Shown piece by piece: positions 58,691 to 64,000 of a DNA stretch of 64,000 nt. Position 1 is the stretch's first letter. Each line of letters opens with the position of its first letter. The notes under the pieces were generated by a model that did no database searches, was not told the origin of the DNA, and worked only from the letters and a program-made list of their open reading frames with translations. Origin of the DNA: Gaiellaceae bacterium (GTDB lineage Bacteria > Actinomycetota > Thermoleophilia > Gaiellales > Gaiellaceae); contig JBOHAU010000019.1 in assembly GCA_050698015.1 (NCBI GenBank), positions 12,012 through 76,011 of the forward strand, in the 5' to 3' direction. Position numbers and translations under genes: made by a program.

Positions 58691-59824
58691 GTGAACGCGG
58701 ACTCGAGCTACGACACGATCGTGATCGGCGGAGGCCAGGCCGGATTGAGCGTCGGCTACCACCTCGCGAAGCGGAAGATGCGGTTCGTCATCCTCGACGA
58801 GAACGAGCGCGTCGGTGATGCCTGGCGCAAGCGCTGGGACTCCCTTCGCCTCTTTACGCCCACCCGCTTCAACGGGCTTCCTGGACTGCCGTTCGACGCG
58901 CCGAAGTGGTCGTTCCCGACCAAGGACGAGATGGCCGACTACCTCGAGGCTTACGCGGAGCGATTCTCGCTGCCGCTGCGAACCGGCGTGCGAGTCGAAA
59001 GCGTCGGGAAGGAGAAGGGACGGTTCATCGTGTCGGTCGACGGCGAGCGGCTGGAGGCGCGGAGCGTCGTCGTCGCCACGGGCGCATTGCGTGTCCCGAA
59101 GCTGCCGCAGTTCGCAGCGGAGCTCGACCCGAGGATCGTCCAACTGCACTCGGCCGACTACCGCAACCCGTCGCAGTTGCAGGACGGCGACGTGCTCGTG
59201 GTCGGCGTGGGGAACTCCGGCGCCGAGATTGCCTACGAGCTCGCCGAGACCCGTCGTTGCTTGCTCGCCGGGACCAGCAAAGGCGAGATTCCCGTGCAGC
59301 ACGGCAGCCGCAGGAGCCGCCTGATGTTTCGCGCGATTCGCTTCTTCGGCCACCACGTACTGAGGACGGACACACGCATAGGCCGAAAGGTCGGCCCGAA
59401 GATCGCCGCGAACGGCCCGCCGCTCGTCCGTCGCAAGGAGGCCGACTTCGCTGCTGTCGGCATCGAGCGCGTCGCGCGCGTCTCCGGCGTTCAAGACGGG
59501 CTGCCCCTGCTCGAGGACGGCCGCGTCCTCGACATGGCGAACGTCCTCTGGTGCACGGGCTTCCGGACGGACTTCAGCTGGATCGACCTCCCGGCGTTCG
59601 ACAACGATGGGCGGCCGGTGCACGAGCGTGGCGTCGTCGAGTCGGTGCCGGGCTTGTACTTCGCCGGGCTGATCTTCCAGTACTCGCTGACGTCGGACGT
59701 GCTTCCGAACGGAGGCCGCGACGCGGAGTACGTCGCGCGGCACATCGCAGCGCGGCAGGCGAAGGAGCCGGCGAGCGCAACGCTCACGCGTGCGACGGCA
59801 GGCGCGACGAGCCCGGCCGGCTAG
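58691..59824 (+). CDS. FAD/NAD(P)-binding flavoprotein monooxygenase-like oxidoreductase (CzcO/FMO-like)
   Basis: Track ORF 58619 trimmed to the GTG at 58691, which is preceded by GGAGGAAACG. Has YDTIVIGGGQAGLS (GxGxxG), VVATGA and a second VLVVGVGNSGAEIA. Confidence 0.8.
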   Translation: MNADSSYDTIVIGGGQAGLSVGYHLAKRKMRFVILDENERVGDAWRKRWDSLRLFTPTRFNGLPGLPFDAPKWSFPTKDEMADYLEAYAERFSLPLRTGVRVESVGKEKGRFIVSVDGERLEARSVVVATGALRVPKLPQFAAELDPRIVQLHSADYRNPSQLQDGDVLVVGVGNSGAEIAYELAETRRCLLAGTSKGEIPVQHGSRRSRLMFRAIRFFGHHVLRTDTRIGRKVGPKIAANGPPLVRRKEADFAAVGIERVARVSGVQDGLPLLEDGRVLDMANVLWCTGFRTDFSWIDLPAFDNDGRPVHERGVVESVPGLYFAGLIFQYSLTSDVLPNGGRDAEYVARHIAARQAKEPASATLTRATAGATSPAG

Positions 59825-59872
59825 ATCGGATTTCGCCGAAGCGGTGCCCCGCCATGCTGGCACGATGGTCCC

Positions 59873-60724
59873 GTGCGCCGGCTGCTCATCGGACTGACGC
59901 TCGCGGCAGTGCTCGCGAGCGCCCTTTCCTCGCCGTCCGCGCGACCGTCCGCCGGCGCGCGCGTCAACCGGTTCGACGAGCGCGCGGCGTGGACGTTCCT
60001 GCGGCGTCAGGTCGAGCTCGGGCCTCGCCCGGCCGGCTCGGCCGCTTCGGCCCGGCTCGCCGGGATCCTGCGCGCGTCGATTCCGCGAGGGCGCTACCAG
60101 ACCGTGCCCGGCGGGCTCCGGAACGTGATCGGGACTGTCCATGGACGCAATCCGCGCCGCGTCGTCGTCGTCGGCGCCCACTACGACACAAAGGACCTGC
60201 CCAATTTCGTCGGCGCGAACGACGGCGCCTCGGGGACGGCCGTCGTCCGCCAGCTCGCACGCACGATCAAGCCGCGGCAGGTGCGCCCGACGCTGGTCTT
60301 CGTCTTCTTCGACGGGGAGGAGTCGCCGCCGGGCGCACCGCCCGGCGAGTTCGAGCGCTACGGGCTGCGCGGCAGCACGGTCGCGGCGCCCGCGTTCCGG
60401 CAGGCCGAGGCCGCGATCGTCCTCGACTTCGTCGGCGACCGTGATCTGGCGATTCCGCGGGAGGGACGTTCCGATCGCCTGCTTTGGGGAAAGCTCCGGG
60501 CGGCCGCGCGTGCGACGGGCCACGCGGCCGTCTTCCCTCCGCGCGACCAGGGCGTGGTCCTCGACGACCACGTTCCGTTTCTACGGGCCGGCGTTCCGGC
60601 CGTCGACCTGATCGACCTCGACTTCCGCTGCTTTCACCGTCCGTGCGACGACCTCTCGGCCGTCTCCCCGCGCAGCCTCGACGCTGTCGGCGAGACGATG
60701 GTCGCGCTTCTGCGGCGGCTCTAG
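59873..60724 (+). CDS. Secreted M28 family peptidase / glutaminyl-cyclase-like protein
   Basis: 283 aa. Signal peptide MRRLLIGLTLAAVLASALSS. Has VVVVGAHYDTKD, GANDGASGTAV, FVFFDGEE and DDHVPFLRAGVPAVDLID. Confidence 0.75.
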   Translation: MRRLLIGLTLAAVLASALSSPSARPSAGARVNRFDERAAWTFLRRQVELGPRPAGSAASARLAGILRASIPRGRYQTVPGGLRNVIGTVHGRNPRRVVVVGAHYDTKDLPNFVGANDGASGTAVVRQLARTIKPRQVRPTLVFVFFDGEESPPGAPPGEFERYGLRGSTVAAPAFRQAEAAIVLDFVGDRDLAIPREGRSDRLLWGKLRAAARATGHAAVFPPRDQGVVLDDHVPFLRAGVPAVDLIDLDFRCFHRPCDDLSAVSPRSLDAVGETMVALLRRL

Positions 60725-60736
60725 CCACGGAGAGCG

Positions 60737-61903
60737 ATGGCGCAGCGTGAGCAGCGGGTCACCCCGCTGGAGATCTTCTTCGACCTCGTCTTCGTCTACG
60801 CGATCACGCAGGTCACGCTTCTCATGTCGGACGATCCGACGTGGAACGGGGTCGGCCGCGGTTTGCTCGTGCTCGCGGCGCTCTGGTGGGCGTGGACCGG
60901 CTACGCCTGGCTGACGAACACCCTGGAGCCCGAGGAAGGACTGGTGCGCGCGGGCGTGCTGGCGGCGATGGCTGCGATGCTCGTCGTCGCGCTCGCCGTC
61001 CCGGAAGCGTTCGGAGCAAACGCCGTGCTGTTCGGAGTCGCGTACCTGATCGTGCGTCTACTCCAACTGCTGCTCTTTGCGATCGCCGGAAGACGTGACC
61101 CAGACCTAGGCCGGGTCGTGCTGCGCAAGGCGCCCTCGGCCACGCTGGGGCCCGTCATCATCGTGGCCGCCGGCTTCTTCGATGGGCCTGCCCAGGCCGC
61201 GCTCTGGGTCGTTGCGCTCGCCGTTGACTACCTCGGCGCCTTGATCGGCCACGGCGAGGGCCTGCGCGTTTCGCCGGCGCACTTCGCCGAGCGTTACGGC
61301 CTCGTTGTCATCATCGCGCTCGGCGAATCGATCGTCGCGATCGGCGTCGGCGCAGCAGGCGAGGCGGTCACGACCGGGATCGTGGCGGCGGCTGTTCTCG
61401 GCATCCTCGTGATTGGTGCGCTGTGGTGGGCGTACTTCGACGTCTACGCCGTCGAAGGGCAACGTGTGCTTTCGCAAGCGAGCGGCGCGGCGCGCTTTCG
61501 ACTCGCCCGCGACGCCTACAGCTACCTCCATCTGCCCTTGATCGCGGGCATCGTCCTGTTCGCACTCGGCCTTAAGAAGACGATCGAACAGGTCGACGAT
61601 CCGCTCGAAACCGTCCCGGCCGTAGCGCTCTGCGGCGGGCTGGCACTCTACTTCCTCAGCTACGTCGCGTTCCGGGTCCGCCTGGTCCATCACGTCCGCC
61701 GCGCGACGTCGGACACTCCGCCGTGGATCAGTCGCGCCAGGTCGATCACAGCCGTCGCCCTCCTCGCGTTACTCCCCGTCGCTTCCGAGTTCTCGGCTCT
61801 CACGACCCTCGCGTTGGCGACCGGCGTGTGCTGTGCGCTGATCGCCTATGACGTGATCCACTACCGCGAGGACCGCCCCCGCGTGCGCGCCGCGCGGCCC
61901 TAG
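60737..61903 (+). CDS. Low-temperature-requirement A (LtrA) family membrane protein
   Basis: 388 aa, about 10 TM. The N-terminus (RVTPLEIFFDLVFVYAITQV) is characteristic of LtrA. Confidence 0.75.
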   Translation: MAQREQRVTPLEIFFDLVFVYAITQVTLLMSDDPTWNGVGRGLLVLAALWWAWTGYAWLTNTLEPEEGLVRAGVLAAMAAMLVVALAVPEAFGANAVLFGVAYLIVRLLQLLLFAIAGRRDPDLGRVVLRKAPSATLGPVIIVAAGFFDGPAQAALWVVALAVDYLGALIGHGEGLRVSPAHFAERYGLVVIIALGESIVAIGVGAAGEAVTTGIVAAAVLGILVIGALWWAYFDVYAVEGQRVLSQASGAARFRLARDAYSYLHLPLIAGIVLFALGLKKTIEQVDDPLETVPAVALCGGLALYFLSYVAFRVRLVHHVRRATSDTPPWISRARSITAVALLALLPVASEFSALTTLALATGVCCALIAYDVIHYREDRPRVRAARP

Positions 61904-61977
61904 GGACGGCGACCAGTTGGAACCCGTGCATCCAGTCCGGCAAAGCGACGCGTTCCGCGCGCTCTCGATGGCGTCGG

Positions 61978-62037
61978 CGGACCGAGATCATGAACGAGTT
62001 CATGAGGCCGGCCCGGGTCGTGCCCTCCTTGCCGCGA
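61978..62037 (-). pseudogene. Short relic fragment derived from nrdJ (about 60 nt, roughly 85-90% identical to 63708-63767)
   Basis: GACCGAGATCATGAACGAGTTCATGAGGCCGGCCCGGGTCGTGCCCTCCTTGCC (61980 onward) versus GACCGAGATCATGAACGAGTTCATCAGACCCGCCAGGGTCGTCCCTTCCTTCGC (63710 onward). The minus strand encodes GKEGTTRAGLMNSFMISV, versus AKEGTTLAGLMNSFMISV in nrdJ. Lies in the 178-nt ltrA/Kelch intergenic region. Confidence 0.75.
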
Positions 62038-62081
62038 AGATAGGGGGCCCGCCGGAGCGAGCCCCTGATCTCCGTCGTTTC

Positions 62082-63038
62082 CTAGGGCTTGAAGGCGAGG
62101 TTCGCGTTCGACGAGACGCCTTGGAAGCCGCCACCCACGGTGTAAATGCGTCCTCCGTGCGAGACGACACCCATCTCGGCCTGTGGCGATGGCATCGGTG
62201 TGTCGGTGCTCCACGCGTCGGCAGATACTTTGTAGAACTCGTTCGTCGTCAACTGGACGAAGTTGCTTTGGCCCCCAATCACGTAGAGCCGGTTGCCCTT
62301 GGCGGCGGCGCCGTACATCGACGACCGCGCCGTCGGCATGTCCGCCGGGGCGGTGCTCCACGTATCGGTCACCGGGTCATAGGCGTCGACGGCATTCGTG
62401 ACGGTGGCGGGTGAGAACATGCACCCGCCGAACACGTAGATATCCCCACCGTGTGCAACTGCCGCGAGGTCGGCCCGCGCACTTGGCAGCGGCGCGACGG
62501 TGCTCCACGTGTCGGTTTCGATGTCGTACCGTTCTACGGTGGCCAGCGGGGTACCGCTACAGGGGGCTGTTCCCGTGCTCCCACCAATGGCATAGAGAGC
62601 GTTGCCCACCACGGCGACGGCAAGGCCTCGCCGAGGAGTCGGCATGCTGGTAAGCGAAACCCAGGTGTCGGTCGTGGGTGTGTACCGGTCGAGGTCATTC
62701 AGCGGTCCAGCAGAGCGACCGCCAACCGCGTAGAACTGCCCGCCGTGCGTCGCGGCCGCGCCCTCTGCCCGTGTTGGCAGCGGACCGGGCGTACCGAAGC
62801 TCCAGCTGTCGCTGTCGATGTCGTACAGACGGGTCAGGTTCGTGTCGCCACCGGTGAAGCCATAGGCGGCAATGATCTGATTGCCTACTACTCCCGCCTG
62901 AAGTCCCTCGGTGGGAGCGGGCAAGGGTGCCAGGGTCGTCCAGGTGCCGAGCGCCGCGGCTACGGAGATCACGGCCAGAGCCGCAATCGCTCCCACGATG
63001 CCCACGGTCAACCGCCGCAGGAACTTTGCTGATCGCAT
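62082..63038 (-). CDS. Secreted Kelch-repeat beta-propeller protein
   Basis: Track ORF 62082..63089 trimmed to the ATG at 63038, which is preceded by AGAGGAGGAA. Signal/TM segment LTVGIVGAIAALAVISVAAALG. Six repeats of the type G..AA...G.IYV.GG...........Y.P.TD.W. Confidence 0.8.
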   Translation of the reverse strand: MRSAKFLRRLTVGIVGAIAALAVISVAAALGTWTTLAPLPAPTEGLQAGVVGNQIIAAYGFTGGDTNLTRLYDIDSDSWSFGTPGPLPTRAEGAAATHGGQFYAVGGRSAGPLNDLDRYTPTTDTWVSLTSMPTPRRGLAVAVVGNALYAIGGSTGTAPCSGTPLATVERYDIETDTWSTVAPLPSARADLAAVAHGGDIYVFGGCMFSPATVTNAVDAYDPVTDTWSTAPADMPTARSSMYGAAAKGNRLYVIGGQSNFVQLTTNEFYKVSADAWSTDTPMPSPQAEMGVVSHGGRIYTVGGGFQGVSSNANLAFKP

Positions 63039-63148
63039 GGTTCCTCCTCTCAAGCAGTCGACATTTGCTGCGTCAGTAGCCCGCACCACCTCCTTTCGCG
63101 AGGGGGCGCCGAGCGCCGGAGCTCAGAACCGCAGAGAGATCGAACAGT

Positions 63149-63165
63149 GCCTCGAAAGCCGAGGC
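63149..63165 (-). terminator. Small hairpin downstream of nrdJ (weak terminator candidate)
   Basis: The minus strand reads GCCTCG-GCTTT-CGAGGC followed by ACTGTTCG. It lies about 130 nt after the nrdJ stop and has no clear U-tract. Confidence 0.2.
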
Positions 63166-63295
63166 GCTTATCCGCAGCAACAGTGTCCGGGCCCGCCGGA
63201 AACACGGCACGCACCCTCCGTTGCTTGCCAGGAGTCAATGACAAGCGTACGCCGCACTTCACCAACGGTCAAGCCAGCGAACAAGCAGTCGGTTC

Positions 63296-64000
63296 TTAGC
63301 TGCAGCCGGTGTTCGTGCCGCAGTCGCGGCACGTGTAGCACGAGCCTGTCCGGATCATCCGGCCGCCGCAGCGTGCGCACTCGACTGCGTCGTCCCACTG
63401 ATTGAAGAGCGCCGTCTGACCCGGCGTTGCGTGCTCCGCCGGCTCCGCGACGTTCACGCCCGGCGTGGTGCCGCCGTTCGCATACGCCGCCGCCATTCGT
63501 GCCTTCACCTCGGGCGAGAGGATCCCCGCCTCCTCCTGCTGGTCGGTGGTGAGGAACTTCTTGCCCATCCAGCGGAAGATGTAGTCGACGATCGACTTCG
63601 CGACTCGGATGTCCTCGTCGTTCGTCAGGCCGCTCGGCTCGAAGCGCATGTGGCTGAACTTCGACACGTACACCTCGAGCGGCACGCCGTACTGGAGGCC
63701 CAGCGAGACCGAGATCATGAACGAGTTCATCAGACCCGCCAGGGTCGTCCCTTCCTTCGCGATGTCGACGAAGATGTCGCCCGGCGTCCCGTCCTCGAAC
63801 AGGCCGACGTGGATGTAGCCCTCGTAGTCGCCGACGCGGAACTTGCGGCCGACCTCGACGCGATCCTCCGGCAGCCGGCGCCGCCGCGGAGCGGCCACGC
63901 CGCCCGGGGCGATGACGGCCAGCCCGGTCGTGTCGCTCTTCCCTGAGAGCGGCTGCGCGACCTTGCAGTTGTCGCGGTAGATCGCGATCGCCTTCACGCC
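63296..64000 (-). CDS. nrdJ: Adenosylcobalamin-dependent (class II) ribonucleotide reductase, C-terminal part; the gene continues beyond the window end
   Basis: Has AIAIYRDNCK, GYIHVGLFEDGTPGDIFVDIAKEGTTLAGLMNSFMISVSLGLQYGVPLE and a C-terminal Zn-ribbon tail CARCGGRMIRTGSCYTCRDCGTNTGCS. The reading frame is open to position 64000. Confidence 0.9.
   Translation of the reverse strand, partial: GVKAIAIYRDNCKVAQPLSGKSDTTGLAVIAPGGVAAPRRRRLPEDRVEVGRKFRVGDYEGYIHVGLFEDGTPGDIFVDIAKEGTTLAGLMNSFMISVSLGLQYGVPLEVYVSKFSHMRFEPSGLTNDEDIRVAKSIVDYIFRWMGKKFLTTDQQEEAGILSPEVKARMAAAYANGGTTPGVNVAEPAEHATPGQTALFNQWDDAVECARCGGRMIRTGSCYTCRDCGTNTGCS

Noticed and set aside
58583-60571. 662-aa minus-strand ORF spanning the flavoprotein and M28 peptidase region
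   Set aside because: Arg/Pro/Asp-rich composition with no recognisable motifs. It is antisense to two plus-strand genes that have clear motifs (GxGxxG, M28 metal ligands). This is a typical high-GC shadow ORF.
1-64000. Mobile elements, prophage, defence islands, CRISPR arrays, tRNA or rRNA genes
   Set aside because: I found no integrase, transposase or recombinase-like ORF, and no terminal inverted repeats bracketing genes. There are no spacer-repeat arrays, no cloverleaf-like segments in the few intergenic regions longer than 100 nt, and no nuclease/helicase/ATPase gene sets typical of defence systems.

Overview
High-GC (about 70% by eye), very gene-dense 64-kb chromosomal window. I count about 60 protein-coding genes, one multi-frameshifted gene remnant and one short gene-fragment relic. 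I see no rRNA, tRNA, CRISPR array, transposase, integrase or prophage signature. Gene content (F420 cofC-cofD-cofE operon, hemE-hemH, PolX, NrdJ, PadR/LuxR regulators, pervasive ATGA/GTGA stop-start overlaps) looks like a high-GC Gram-positive (Actinomycetota-like) genome, but taxonomy cannot be verified here. Positions 1-30582 form one large glycan-assembly locus. It holds a full CMP-Kdo pathway (kdsD, kdsA, kdsB plus a non-canonical HAD phosphatase), about 12 glycosyltransferase domains (GT2, GT4, GT8-like, a sialyltransferase-like/DUF115 domain, GT-C) and six SAM methyltransferases, one with a long coiled coil. It also has a Wzx-type flippase together with a Wzm/Wzt ABC exporter whose Wzt carries a C-terminal glycan-binding-type domain, and an Arn/Gtr-like module (DegT aminotransferase, SDR, polyprenyl-P-type GT2, flippase-like UPF0104 protein, large polytopic membrane proteins). 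Next come hemE-hemH with a coupled 90-aa ORF, a structured repeat-rich intergenic region (32784-32915) and PolX. A five-gene, translationally coupled F420 operon follows; it contains a stand-alone CofE, an embedded NADP/F420-oxidoreductase-like gene and an unknown 481-aa protein. The right part carries a K+-channel-like protein, a GGDEF cyclase coupled to a small Zn-ribbon-like ORF and a Pro/Lys-rich anchored protein, and a 1153-aa secreted multi-beta-propeller protein. It ends with assorted regulators and enzymes, an nrdJ-derived 60-nt relic and the 3' part of nrdJ at the window edge. Many long ORFs in the supplied track are GC-driven shadow ORFs or N-terminally over-extended. I re-set starts by hand using domain boundaries and 4-nt stop/start overlaps, so start coordinates are less certain than stops. 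All family assignments come from motif recognition by eye, not database searches.
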